From a virus, in IMG/VR virus record IMGVR_UViG_3300025875_000043: DNA of 49,203 nt. One strand, given 5' to 3'. Made by a program: the position numbers and the translations under genes. Positions 31,602 to 41,531 of the stretch are shown here, one piece after another (position 1 is the stretch's first letter; each line of letters begins with the position of its first letter). The notes under the pieces are model-generated. The model had not been told where the DNA came from. It did not search any database and saw nothing but the letters and a program-made list of their open reading frames with translations.

Positions 31602-32904
31602 CCGTGGCATTGGTGACAACGGCGGGCCACCGCTTGAACCCCTAGTTGTCCGCTTCACTGACCCGCAATATGAACTGATAACGACCAAGGCGCGTTATCC
31701 GGCGATGGTTGCCGGCTTCGGCGCTGGCAAAACTGGCGCGTTGATTGCACGCGCCATAGCATTGAAGCTGGCATATCCTGATAACGACATTGCCTATTAT
31801 CTGCCAACTTATGACCTTGTGACAACTATTGCGTTTCCAAGGTTTGAAGAAGCCTTGGCGGAACAAGGTTTTGTCTTCGGTGAAGATTACACCACTGTTC
31901 GCAACCAAACGCCGAAGATTAAGATAATTAATTGCGGTGACATTATCTTTAGAACTATGGACCGGCCGCAACGTATTGTCGGCTATGAAGTCGCTGATAG
32001 CTTTGTTGACGAACTTGACACGCTGAAAACCGAAGACGCACGGGCGGTGTGGTCGAAGATTATTGCGCGTAACCGGCAAAAGAAGCACGACGGCAGCGAC
32101 AACACCATTGCTGTGGGCACTACACCTGAAGGTTTCCGCTTCGTCTATGATCGGTGGAAGAAAGCCCCGCCTAGTGACGAATATAAGATAATTCGTGCCA
32201 GCACTTACAGCAACCAACGCAACTTGCCGGCTAACTATATTTCTGACTTGTTAGCTGACTATCCCACACAGCTAATCGCCGCCTATCTTGACGGCGAATT
32301 TGTCAACTTGACGGCTGGCGCGGTTTACAACGAATTTGACCGTAAGTTGAATGGTTGCACGACTACGGTTCAACCTGGCGAAGCCTTGCACATTGGCATG
32401 GACTTCAACGTTGGTAAGATGGCGGCTGTTGTGTTTGTTGCCAGGAATGGCGACCCGCACGCTGTTGCCGAGTTGACCGGGTTGTTAGACACGCCGGCTA
32501 TGATTAAGGCGTTGAAAGCGCGCTTTCCTAATCATGTCATCTTTATTTATCCTGACGCCAGCGGGCAAAACCGCAAGTCGGAAAACGCCAGTTCGTCAGA
32601 CGTTGCTTTGCTTCAGCAAGCCGGGTTCAATGTTTTGGTCAATGCCAGTAACCCCGCTGTTAAAGACCGCATACTTTCAGTTAATCGCATGATCCATGCC
32701 GGTGGCAAGCGGCTGTTAAAAGTCAACGCCGACCTTTGCCCCGCATTCTGTGAGACATTAGAAAAACAAGCCTATGACAAGAACGGGGAGCCTGATAAGA
32801 CTTCTGGCCTTGACCACGCGGGCGATGCCGGCGGATATTTCATTTGTTACCGTTTCCCTGTCGTTATGGGCCGGGTCCAAAAGGTAAAGCTAGGCGGTGT
32901 GTAA
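31591..32904 (+). CDS. terL: Terminase large subunit
   Basis: Walker A GFGAGKTG and Walker B-like SFVDELD. Nuclease half with DFNVGKMAAVV...YPDASG. ATG 31591 lies within the TerS 3' end. The N-terminus carries GIGDNGGP. Confidence 0.85.
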   Translation: MMTDRGIGDNGGPPLEPLVVRFTDPQYELITTKARYPAMVAGFGAGKTGALIARAIALKLAYPDNDIAYYLPTYDLVTTIAFPRFEEALAEQGFVFGEDYTTVRNQTPKIKIINCGDIIFRTMDRPQRIVGYEVADSFVDELDTLKTEDARAVWSKIIARNRQKKHDGSDNTIAVGTTPEGFRFVYDRWKKAPPSDEYKIIRASTYSNQRNLPANYISDLLADYPTQLIAAYLDGEFVNLTAGAVYNEFDRKLNGCTTTVQPGEALHIGMDFNVGKMAAVVFVARNGDPHAVAELTGLLDTPAMIKALKARFPNHVIFIYPDASGQNRKSENASSSDVALLQQAGFNVLVNASNPAVKDRILSVNRMIHAGGKRLLKVNADLCPAFCETLEKQAYDKNGEPDKTSGLDHAGDAGGYFICYRFPVVMGRVQKVKLGGV

Positions 32905-34421
32905 TGGCTAAAGCAACTGGCGTTAAATCAAAGCACCGCGACTATGACGCTTATGCTAGGAAGTGGCGTAGGTGCCGCGACGTTGCGAGTGGCCAAGACG
33001 CCGTGCATGGCGGCGGCACGCTTTACCTTCCCCGGCTGAACGAACAGGAACTTGGCGACTATTTGGCGTATGTGGCGCGCACGCCGTTCTATAACGCGAC
33101 GTGGCGCACTATGGCCGGCTTTATCGGCATGTTGTTCAGGAAGCCGGCAACGCTTGAAGTGCCGAAGAAGCTTGAAGATTACTTGAACGACGTAACTATG
33201 TCGGGTGTGACCTTCAACGCTTTTGCCAAAGAGTGCGCGCTTGAAGACCTGACTGTTAGCCGGGTTGGTGTGCTTGTTGACCATCCGCGCCAGCAAACCG
33301 ACGCCGAAGGCAACCCGGTTCCCATTAGCATTGCGGTTGCTGAAAGCCTTGGCCTTCGCCCGTCAATGCAACTTTACCGTGCTGAAGCCATTATTGATTG
33401 GAAGAAAGACCGGGTTGGCAACAAGACGGTCTTGAAGCAAGTTCGGCTTCTTGAAGAACATGGCGTTGAAAAGAACGAATTTGAAACCGAAACCGAATTG
33501 CGGGTGCGGGTGCTTGACTTGTTCAACGGCCAATACCGCGTGCGGGTCTTCAACGAAGATACCGAAGAACAGATTGGCGGCGACGTTTACCCTGTAATGA
33601 ACGGCAAGCCTTTGGCTTATATCCCGTTCTATTTCATCGGCCCTGACGATGGCGAAGACGAACTAAGCGACCCCATCTTGATTGACTTGGTTGACTTGAA
33701 TATCAAGCACTATCAGGTCAGCGCCGACTATGAACATGGTTGCCATATGGCAGGTTTGCCCACACCCGTCATTGCCGGCTATCAGACTGAATTTGACCAA
33801 AACGGCAACGCGGTGCCGGCCAAGTTTTATATCGGTTCGGGCACGGCTTGGGTGTTTCCTAACTTTCAAACTACGGTCAAGTATCTTGAATTTACTGGCC
33901 AGGGTTTGACCGCGCTTGAAAACAACCTGAAGGCCAAGGAAGGTCAGCTTGCCGCCATTGGCGCGCGTATGCTTGCGCCTGAAAAGAGTGGCGTTGAAGC
34001 ATCCGAAACCCTGGCCATGCGGCATAGCGGTGAACATTCGGTGCTTGGCGCAATCGCTATTGCGGTCAGCGAAGGCTTGACCAAGGCGCTGAAGGTGTTT
34101 GCCGAATGGGCGGGCATTCCCGGCGAAGTCAAGTTTGAAATTAACCGCGACTTTGTGCCTATGTCGGTGGATAGCGGAACGCTGACCGCTTGGCTGTCGC
34201 TTGTTCAGGGCGGGCAAATGAGTGGCGAAAGCCTCTTTGATTTGCTGAAGCGCGCCGACCTTATCGCGCCTGAACTGAAGTATGAAGAAGAACAAGCGCG
34301 CATCGACGCCAACCCGCCCGCGCCCCCGATTGGTCATAACGGCGGGCCGGGTCTTGAAGAAAATGAAGAAGACGATGAAGACAAACCTGGCGCAAAGCCG
34401 CCGACGCCGGCCGCTGAATAA
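32904..34421 (+). CDS. Portal protein
   Basis: TAATG overlap with TerL; size 505 aa. YLPRLNEQELGDYLAYVARTPFYNATWRTMAGFIGMLFRKP resembles the DUF4055-type portal N-terminus. The acidic C-terminus carries IGHNGGP. Confidence 0.75.
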   Translation: MAKATGVKSKHRDYDAYARKWRRCRDVASGQDAVHGGGTLYLPRLNEQELGDYLAYVARTPFYNATWRTMAGFIGMLFRKPATLEVPKKLEDYLNDVTMSGVTFNAFAKECALEDLTVSRVGVLVDHPRQQTDAEGNPVPISIAVAESLGLRPSMQLYRAEAIIDWKKDRVGNKTVLKQVRLLEEHGVEKNEFETETELRVRVLDLFNGQYRVRVFNEDTEEQIGGDVYPVMNGKPLAYIPFYFIGPDDGEDELSDPILIDLVDLNIKHYQVSADYEHGCHMAGLPTPVIAGYQTEFDQNGNAVPAKFYIGSGTAWVFPNFQTTVKYLEFTGQGLTALENNLKAKEGQLAAIGARMLAPEKSGVEASETLAMRHSGEHSVLGAIAIAVSEGLTKALKVFAEWAGIPGEVKFEINRDFVPMSVDSGTLTAWLSLVQGGQMSGESLFDLLKRADLIAPELKYEEEQARIDANPPAPPIGHNGGPGLEENEEDDEDKPGAKPPTPAAE

Positions 34422-35491
34422 TGGCTAAGGGTCGCGGCGACGCACAACAGCTTTTCGACGGCTTCGTTTCGTCGGCGCTTGACATATTGCGTTTGGCGGC
34501 AAGCGAAAAGAACAAGGTGTTGAAGCGGCTGGCGCGGCTAGAGCGCAAGCTAATTGGCACGCTGTCTGAAACCGACCTGACGACGGCACAGAAAGCCGAC
34601 GTGAACAAGATTGTTCGCGGTGCCAATGGCATCATCGCCACGCACTATGCTGAAATTGCTGACTTGCCTGAACTGGCGGCAATATCGCTGTTCGCGGCTG
34701 AAAACGTGCAAGACATTCTGAAGATTTACTTTGGCAAAGACGCCATTGGCATTCCGCGTCAAGCTTACTTTGACAGTGTGGCCAGTGACGTTCTAATTCA
34801 AGGTTCGCCCGCCGCCGATTGGTGGCGCGGTCAAGAAGCGGCAACACAGTTCAAGTTCGCGCAACAGCTTCGTCTTGGCATGATTGCCGGCGAAACCAAC
34901 CAACAAATCATTGCGCGTATTGTGGGCAAATCCGGCCAGCCTGGCATTATGGAGATTGCCAAGCGCGACGCGGCTTCGTTGGTTCAAACGTCGGTTCAGA
35001 CTGTTGCCAATGACGCCAGGCGCAACACCTTCAACGCCAATGACGACTTGATTAAAGGCAAGCGTCAAGTTTCGACATTGGACGGCCACACTAGCGAAGT
35101 GTGCATGGCTTATTCTGGCGGTGAATGGGACTTAGACGACAAGCCGATTAATGGAACAACGTTGCCCTATAAAGGCGGAACGCCACGGCATTTCAAGTGT
35201 CGTTCGGTTGAAGTGCCCATTACCAAGACCTTTAAGGAACTTGGCCTAGACATTTCTGAAAGCCCCATTGGCACCCGCGCAAGCGACGAAGGCCAAATTG
35301 CCGCTGACACCACCTTTGACGCATTCCTGAAGCGCAAAGACAAAGCCTATCTTGACGAAAAGCTTGGCCCTGGCCGCGCCGAACTATTCCGCGACGGCAA
35401 GATAACGCTTCGCGACTTGGTGAACGGTGACGGCAACCCGGTGACGCTTGAAGAACTTAGGGCTATTGCAAGAAAGCGGCGCGGCGGATAG
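34421..35491 (+). CDS. Head morphogenesis protein (SPP1 gp7 / Mu F family)
   Basis: QVSTLDGHTSEVCMAYSG ... TPRHFKCRS, and its position after the portal. Confidence 0.75.
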   Translation: MAKGRGDAQQLFDGFVSSALDILRLAASEKNKVLKRLARLERKLIGTLSETDLTTAQKADVNKIVRGANGIIATHYAEIADLPELAAISLFAAENVQDILKIYFGKDAIGIPRQAYFDSVASDVLIQGSPAADWWRGQEAATQFKFAQQLRLGMIAGETNQQIIARIVGKSGQPGIMEIAKRDAASLVQTSVQTVANDARRNTFNANDDLIKGKRQVSTLDGHTSEVCMAYSGGEWDLDDKPINGTTLPYKGGTPRHFKCRSVEVPITKTFKELGLDISESPIGTRASDEGQIAADTTFDAFLKRKDKAYLDEKLGPGRAELFRDGKITLRDLVNGDGNPVTLEELRAIARKRRGG

Positions 35492-35536
35492 TGTGGGCAA
35501 GCCTTATGAACCGGGCGCGATGGAAGGAACAACAGA

Positions 35537-36259
35537 ATGGCATATGATCCGAAAGACCCCGCTGACGTTGCGATTGTGGCGGCGGCGGTTGACGCTGAAC
35601 GTGACCGGCTTGAAGCCGAACACCAAGTTGAAGTTGACCGGCTCCAAGGCGAAAATGCCAAGGCACGCCAGCGGCTTCGCGACGCGCGTAACGGCAATGG
35701 CGATGATGCCAGCGCCGCCGAGATTGCCCGGTTGGAAGGCGACCTTGCCACTGTTCAGGGCGAACTTCGCACGGCGCAAAGCAACTTGCGCCAGGCGACC
35801 CGCGACCTTGACGCGCGCACCATCGAACGCGACACCGCCGCCCGCGATTTGGAAACGGAACGCACGTTTGCGCGTGACACGTTGGTCAATTCGTCCTTGA
35901 CTTCGGCGTTGGTTGAAGCGAACGTGCAACCACAGTTCCTTGAAGACGTTACGGCGTCACTGTCGCGAGGCGTGACAATCAAGGAAGTGGATGGCAAGCG
36001 CATGGCGTTTGTCGGTGACAAGCCTCTTGGCGAACACGTCAAGGAATGGTCGCAGGGCGACAAGGGCAAACATTACGTCAGCGCACCCGCCAATGGCGGC
36101 GGCGGTGCTGGCGACCCCGGCAAACCACAGGGTGGAGCCAAAGCAATCTGGCAGATGAACGACGCCGAACGTGTCGCCGCGTATAACGCCAACCCGACTG
36201 ATTTTCAGCGGCGCGTTGATGCTGGCGAAAACGTGAAGCCGCCTGAAGCCGCGAAATAA
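35537..36259 (+). CDS. Putative scaffolding protein
   Basis: Highly charged coiled-coil, located between the MuF-like and capsid genes. Confidence 0.55.
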   Translation: MAYDPKDPADVAIVAAAVDAERDRLEAEHQVEVDRLQGENAKARQRLRDARNGNGDDASAAEIARLEGDLATVQGELRTAQSNLRQATRDLDARTIERDTAARDLETERTFARDTLVNSSLTSALVEANVQPQFLEDVTASLSRGVTIKEVDGKRMAFVGDKPLGEHVKEWSQGDKGKHYVSAPANGGGGAGDPGKPQGGAKAIWQMNDAERVAAYNANPTDFQRRVDAGENVKPPEAAK

Positions 36260-36306
36260 CAACCAAGCTTCGGCGTTACGGCCGGGGCGAACAAGGGAAC
36301 TGGCAA

Positions 36307-37353
36307 ATGATCCGCCTTTCTGACGTGTTCATTCCGGCCGTTTACGGCTCTTATACCGCCGTCAATAACCCGGAAACGTCGGCTTTCATGCAATCCGGCA
36401 TCATCGCGACCAATCCGTTGATGAATGCCATTGCGAAGGCCGGTGGCAAAACCCACACTGTTCCGTTCTGGAAGGACATTGATCCGACCATTGAACCGAA
36501 CTATTCCAACGATGACCCCGCCGACCTGGCGGTGCCGAACAAGATTGGCACCGGCACCATGACGGCGCGCAAGGCTTGGCTGAACCAATCCTTTGGTGAA
36601 ATGGACCTTGTTGTTGAACTGAACGGCGGCGCGTCGGCGTTGCAGCAGGTTCGCAATCGGTTCGGCACCTATTGGACCCGTCAGCAGGAACGCCGGCTTA
36701 TCGCTTCGTGCGTCGGTTTGCTTTCCGACAACGTGGCCAACGATGGCGGCGACATGATCGTTGACATTTCTGGCAACGCTGGCGCGGCGGCGCTGTTCAG
36801 CGGCGACACGTTCATTGACGCAAGTTACACGATGGGCGACCAAGTGGAGAACTTGCGGGCAATCGCAATCCATTCGTCCATTGCGGCGCGGCTCGACAAG
36901 AACAACGAAATTCAGACGGTGCGTGGCAGCGACGGCACTATCCTTCTGAAGACGTACAAGGGCCGTGCCGTTATCGTTGACGACGGCTTGCCGGTGTCGG
37001 GTGTGGGCGCTGACCGCGTTTACACGTCCATTCTGTTCGGCGGCGGGGCCATTGGCTTCGGTGGCATCGAAGGCCACGAATTTGCCGTTGGCGAAGGTGC
37101 GCCGAAGGTGGCGGCATGGGTCGAACGCACCGAACAGTCGGGCAACGGCGGCGGTTCCGAAGTGATCGGTGAACGCCGCACTTGGGTTCTTCACCCGTTC
37201 GGCTTTGAATGGGTCGAACCCAACGCCGGCACGACGGGCGGCGCGCTTGTTGAAATGTCGCCAACCCTGGCGGACCTTCGGCGCGCGGTGTGTTGGAACC
37301 GTGTGGTTTCGCGCAAGCAAGTGCCGTTGGCGTTCATCAAGTCGAAGGCGTAA
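36307..37353 (+). CDS. Major capsid protein
   Basis: 348 aa in the canonical position. Strong terminators lie downstream of the capsid module. The N-terminal MIRLSDVFIPAVYGSY... is typical of phage coat proteins. Confidence 0.75.
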   Translation: MIRLSDVFIPAVYGSYTAVNNPETSAFMQSGIIATNPLMNAIAKAGGKTHTVPFWKDIDPTIEPNYSNDDPADLAVPNKIGTGTMTARKAWLNQSFGEMDLVVELNGGASALQQVRNRFGTYWTRQQERRLIASCVGLLSDNVANDGGDMIVDISGNAGAAALFSGDTFIDASYTMGDQVENLRAIAIHSSIAARLDKNNEIQTVRGSDGTILLKTYKGRAVIVDDGLPVSGVGADRVYTSILFGGGAIGFGGIEGHEFAVGEGAPKVAAWVERTEQSGNGGGSEVIGERRTWVLHPFGFEWVEPNAGTTGGALVEMSPTLADLRRAVCWNRVVSRKQVPLAFIKSKA

Positions 37354-37416
37354 GCCGCCGGCTAGACTGACTGTGCCCCTGGCGCGATGCCAGGGGCCAA
37401 CACAAGGAAAGAAGCG

Positions 37417-38064
37417 ATGAAGCCCCTTGCTGAACGTCACGCCGACCGCGCACAGCGCAAGGCGGACAACATGGCCGAAAGTCAGGATGCCAGCAACTAC
37501 ACTGGCGGTCTTGGCGATGCCATGAACAAGATTGCCGACGCACAGACCGCGCTTGCCGGCCTTTCGCCGAATCAACGCGAAGAACTGAAGTCGGCGTTTG
37601 AAGCCAACTTGGCCGAAGGTGCCGATGGCTTCCGTTCGCTGGCTGAAGAAGGCAACGATGCACCTGGCCTTTCGCTGGCCGGCATCGGCACGGTTGACAC
37701 GCGCGTCACGCCGTTTGCCGCAATCGACAAGGCCGGTGCGGCGATGATGACGGGCGAACTGCCCGCCGCGTCGTTCGATCCCGCCAACGGCAATCTGAAC
37801 GGCCTGGCGGTGGAAGCCGCCGGAACCCCCGCCAGCGCCGCCGGATGGGGCACGACGGGCGCACAGGGCGGCAACGGGGGTGGAAGCACCAACGACGGCT
37901 ATGGCGCGCTGACGCTGACCGAACTGAAGGCCGAAGCCGATGGCCGCACGCCGCCGGTTCCGTATCCCGCCAAGGTCAAGGACGATCAGGCCGGCAAGGA
38001 CGGCATCATTGCCGGCCTTCGCGCCGCTAACGCCGCCGCTGCAAAGGCCAGCGACAACAGCTAA
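37417..38064 (+). CDS. Hypothetical head-associated protein with a C-terminal HeH/Rho_N-like motif
   Basis: AAGGAAAGAAGCG precedes the ATG. Contains YGALTLTELKAEADGR. Confidence 0.5.
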   Translation: MKPLAERHADRAQRKADNMAESQDASNYTGGLGDAMNKIADAQTALAGLSPNQREELKSAFEANLAEGADGFRSLAEEGNDAPGLSLAGIGTVDTRVTPFAAIDKAGAAMMTGELPAASFDPANGNLNGLAVEAAGTPASAAGWGTTGAQGGNGGGSTNDGYGALTLTELKAEADGRTPPVPYPAKVKDDQAGKDGIIAGLRAANAAAAKASDNS

Positions 38065-38091
38065 AGAAGGCGTGCCTTCTTATGCACTATG

Positions 38092-38123
38092 AAGGCCGGC
38101 CCTAACACGGCCGGCCTTTTTGA
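38092..38123 (+). terminator. Strong intrinsic terminator after the capsid module
   Basis: aaggccggcc-ctaacac-ggccggcctt followed by tttg. Confidence 0.8.
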
Positions 38124-38138
38124 TGAAGGGAACAAGTC

Positions 38139-38537
38139 ATGCAATTTTCCACCACTGTTCGCAATGCTCGCCTTGACGCCATTGAAACAGCAATTGGCGC
38201 GTCGCCTATCCTTCGCATTCGTTCTGGCGCTAAGCCGGCAACTTGTGCCGACGCCGATACTGGCACTGTGCTTGCGACAATGGCGTTGCCGGCGGATTGG
38301 CTGGCCAATGCTGCAAATGGCAGTAAGGCAATGTCAGGTGATTGGCAAGACGCAGCCGCTGACGCAACTGGCATTGCGGGTCATTACCGCATTTATAGTG
38401 CGGGTGGCGTTTGCCATGAACAAGGCACTGTGACTATGGCCGGTGGCGGCGGTGATATGGAAGTGCAAAACACGAACTTCGCGGCCGGTCAAAACATCAT
38501 TGTGACCGCGAAGACTTATGTTGACGGCAACGCATAA
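38139..38537 (+). CDS. Hypothetical virion-associated protein (132 aa)
   Basis: ORF in the structural block. GAAGGGAACAAGTC precedes the ATG. Confidence 0.55.
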   Translation: MQFSTTVRNARLDAIETAIGASPILRIRSGAKPATCADADTGTVLATMALPADWLANAANGSKAMSGDWQDAAADATGIAGHYRIYSAGGVCHEQGTVTMAGGGGDMEVQNTNFAAGQNIIVTAKTYVDGNA

Positions 38538-38548
38538 GTTATATCGCC

Positions 38549-39946
38549 ATGGCTGACATTCAAGAATTTTTGCTAGCCGGCACGACACAATGGGTTGTGC
38601 CGGCTGGCGTCAAATCATTGCGTGTCGATGCCATAGGCAACGGCGGTAAAGGCAATCGGTCATCTTCGGCGCGTTCTGGCGCTGGTGGCGGGGCATCAAT
38701 TGGCGCAGTTTTTGCCGTTACGCCTGGCGAAGTCTTCAACGTTTTAGTTGGCCTTGGCAACAGTTCGGCGGCAACAACGTTTTCTAGCGCAACGGCTGAC
38801 CGTTTGGTTAGTGCCGATTATGGCCGAAGTGCCACCACTGGCACCGGGGCTGTTGGCGGTTCATCGGTTAATTCTGTTGTTGCCGGCACAGCCGCTTTGT
38901 ATGCGTTCAGCGGCGGCACTGGCGGTTCTGGCGGTAGCACTGGCGCGGGCGGTGGCGGCGGCGCGGCCGGTCCCGATGGAGCGGGCGGCAACGGTTCGCG
39001 CAACAACACCAACAACCGGAACAGCGGCAGCGGCGGTGGTGGTAATGGTGGCGGTAGCGGCGGATTTGCGTCTAACACTTCAACTTCGGCTTTAGGTGGC
39101 GCTGGCGGACCTGGCGGCGGTGCCGGTGGCCTGGCTGATAGCGAACTTGCAAATGGTGCAACAAGCGGGTCGCCAGGTACGCTTTGGACAGAAACTAAAA
39201 CCGGAAAGGTGGCAGGACCGGGCGGCGGTGCTGGCGGCGCGCGAAGTTCATTAAACATTGTCGGGGGCAACTACGGTGGCGGTGGTTCCGGTGCCGGTTC
39301 TGCTAGCGACTTTGGCACCAACGGCGGCGACGGCCTAATTGTTCTAACCTACAGTCAAGACGAAGCAACCGGGCCAATTGCGGCAACTAGCAATGTTGGT
39401 TTGGAACCGGCAACAAGTTCTAGCTTTGTCAACACTTCCGTAAAAGTCGCAAGCGAAACCGTTTCGTTCGCGTCAACTTCGGCCAGTGTGGGCGTTAAGA
39501 TTGACGCAACCAACAACCTCAATCTTGCTGATACGCTGTCGCAAGGTGCGGCCAAGCTTTTGTTGTTGGCGCAAGGTACGGCCAACTTAAACGACACAGC
39601 AAGCGTGTTCGCTGTTAGCACTAAAGTAAAGGCAACAAGTTCAGTTGTTCTTGCTGACGTTGCGACTGACACCGAAGTTAAATCTAAAATTGCGGTAACA
39701 GCGACAAAGCCAATAGCCGACGCCACCGGCTTTGCCAATGTTGCAATTGTTTCGCCGCCGTTGTCGATTACTTCGATTGTCAATCTTGAAGCTGTTGTTG
39801 GCACTGGCAAAATAAGAGTTATCGTTGTCGCGGCTGGCATTCGCACAGCGCACGCGGAACCTGAAAACCGGATCGTTACGGCGGACTTGGAAGCAAGGCT
39901 TGCCAATGCTATAGGCGAAAGCCGACAAGCTGAAACTTCGCTTTAA
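38549..39946 (+). CDS. Glycine-rich domain structural protein (fibre/decoration-like)
   Basis: TTQWVVPAGVKSLRVDAIGNGGKG ... long GGxGG tracts, then a Ser/Thr/Ala/Val-rich repeat-like C-terminal half. Confidence 0.6.
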   Translation: MADIQEFLLAGTTQWVVPAGVKSLRVDAIGNGGKGNRSSSARSGAGGGASIGAVFAVTPGEVFNVLVGLGNSSAATTFSSATADRLVSADYGRSATTGTGAVGGSSVNSVVAGTAALYAFSGGTGGSGGSTGAGGGGGAAGPDGAGGNGSRNNTNNRNSGSGGGGNGGGSGGFASNTSTSALGGAGGPGGGAGGLADSELANGATSGSPGTLWTETKTGKVAGPGGGAGGARSSLNIVGGNYGGGGSGAGSASDFGTNGGDGLIVLTYSQDEATGPIAATSNVGLEPATSSSFVNTSVKVASETVSFASTSASVGVKIDATNNLNLADTLSQGAAKLLLLAQGTANLNDTASVFAVSTKVKATSSVVLADVATDTEVKSKIAVTATKPIADATGFANVAIVSPPLSITSIVNLEAVVGTGKIRVIVVAAGIRTAHAEPENRIVTADLEARLANAIGESRQAETSL

Positions 39947-39977
39947 GTAAGGCGCATCTAGCAGAAAGGCCGACGAA

Positions 39978-40262
39978 ATGGCAAAGACTTGGCCGGCCAA
40001 AGACCCGGAAGAAGTGCTTGACTACGGCTTTAACTGGAAGCCGCGAATGACCGATGGCGACCCCATAACTTCACACACCGCCAATGTCATTGTGGGCAAT
40101 GTTAACGTTGATGATAGTTATATTAACGTTGATGGAACTTTGACGACAACTTGGTTGTCCGGGGGCGTTGCCGATGAAACTTGCGAAATTGGCTTGCAAG
40201 TTCGCACTGTTGCCGGTCGCGTGTTTGAAGAAACATTGAAGATTAAAATTAAGAGCCGATAA
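39978..40262 (+). CDS. Hypothetical small structural protein (possible fibre-tail adaptor type)
   Basis: WPAKDPEEVLDYGFNW start pattern. Weak recognition. Confidence 0.4.
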   Translation: MAKTWPAKDPEEVLDYGFNWKPRMTDGDPITSHTANVIVGNVNVDDSYINVDGTLTTTWLSGGVADETCEIGLQVRTVAGRVFEETLKIKIKSR

Positions 40263-40276
40263 GAGGAACCGGGCGC

Positions 40277-40723
40277 ATGGCTTTAACAGTTGGAAACATA
40301 GCCAACAATCCTGATTTGGATAGTCCGGCTTCAGTGTCTTTTTCAGACGCTTACCATGAGAACAGGGGCAATGCCGCTTGGGCCAATCTTGACGATGAAG
40401 TCAAGGAACAGCTTTTGCGCAAAGCCGGTGATTACATGAAAGCCAAATATGGCGTGCATTGGTCAACTTTGTTTTCGACGTTGACCACTGTTCCCACGCC
40501 GATTGCGCAAGCCGCCGCCGAACTGGCGTTTATCGCGCGAACAACGCCGCTTATGCCAAACGTTACACGCGGCAAGAAGAAGGTTAAAGTTGGCCCGCTT
40601 GAAGTGGAATATGATGGCAACGCCGCCACTTCAACCGAATTTGTTGCGGCTTCTTTGCGGATTGCTCCTTATCTTGCAACGCCGGTTTCGGTTGGTCCTT
40701 TTGTTAGGTTGGTGCGGACGTGA
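40277..40723 (+). CDS. Putative head-tail connector/adaptor
   Basis: Position and size. GAGGAACCGGGCGC precedes the ATG. Confidence 0.45.
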   Translation: MALTVGNIANNPDLDSPASVSFSDAYHENRGNAAWANLDDEVKEQLLRKAGDYMKAKYGVHWSTLFSTLTTVPTPIAQAAAELAFIARTTPLMPNVTRGKKKVKVGPLEVEYDGNAATSTEFVAASLRIAPYLATPVSVGPFVRLVRT

Positions 40724-41094
40724 CCGAACTTGACCTTGAATTGCCGGAACTAGCGGCGGAACTTATAGCCGAATACGGCGCTGACGTTCAATATGTTGTC
40801 AGCACACAGCCGGCTTATAACCCCGCTACTGGCAAAGCAACCGCTGTTGAAAACAACTTTGACTTCAAAGCCATCGTTGAAGATTACAGCTTACAAGGGT
40901 CAGGTCAAGCTTTCGCTAGCGGCTTGGTCGAAAGCGGCGACAAGAAGTTGACTACCGCCGCCAGCTTCTTTGACGAAAAGCCATCGCCAGGCGATAAGTT
41001 CAGGTTTGAAGAAAGCCTTTACACCGTGCTTAATGTCAAGACGACATATAGCGGCCAGCTTGCTTGTCTTTATGAAATACAAGGACGTGCCTAA
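40720..41094 (+). CDS. Putative head-closure / head-tail joining protein
   Basis: GTGA overlap. Called by position only. Confidence 0.4.
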   Translation: MTELDLELPELAAELIAEYGADVQYVVSTQPAYNPATGKATAVENNFDFKAIVEDYSLQGSGQAFASGLVESGDKKLTTAASFFDEKPSPGDKFRFEESLYTVLNVKTTYSGQLACLYEIQGRA

Positions 41095-41531
41095 TGGGTT
41101 TTGCCGAAGACCTAGCCGCGATTGCGAATAAGATAGACGCTAGGGCGCACTTGGTTGTTCGCAAAATTGTTATTGATGTTGGCACTTCGCTTGTGATGAA
41201 GTCGCCAGTTGGCGACCCGACATATTGGATAATGGAGCCGCCGCCGGGATATGTTGGCGGACGTTATCGGGGCAACTGGCAATTCGGCTTTGGTGCCGCT
41301 GACACCAAGATTACCGACAACGTTGATAAAAGCGGCGGGGTCAGCATTGGCCGTATTACATCGGAAACGCCAAACAAGCCGGCGGGCGGTGTCTTCTATA
41401 TCACTAACAGCTTGCCTTATGGCCCGCGCCTTGAAACGGGGTGGAGCCGCCAGGCACCGCATGGAATGGTTAGGCTGACTATTACCGAATTTCAACCAAT
41501 CGTCGCCGCCGCTGTAAGGGCTTTGTCATAA
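41094..41531 (+). CDS. HK97 gp10-like neck/tail-completion protein
   Basis: SPVGDPTYW...GGRYRGNWQFG...NSLPYGPRLETGWSRQAPHGMV. Confidence 0.6.
   Translation: MGFAEDLAAIANKIDARAHLVVRKIVIDVGTSLVMKSPVGDPTYWIMEPPPGYVGGRYRGNWQFGFGAADTKITDNVDKSGGVSIGRITSETPNKPAGGVFYITNSLPYGPRLETGWSRQAPHGMVRLTITEFQPIVAAAVRALS

Noticed and set aside
36205-37575. 456-aa ORF antisense to the major capsid gene
   Set aside because: It is Arg/Ala/Gly-rich with low-complexity composition, typical of an open antisense frame in GC-rich coding DNA. It has no start context, and the sense strand encodes a clear capsid protein within a coupled operon.
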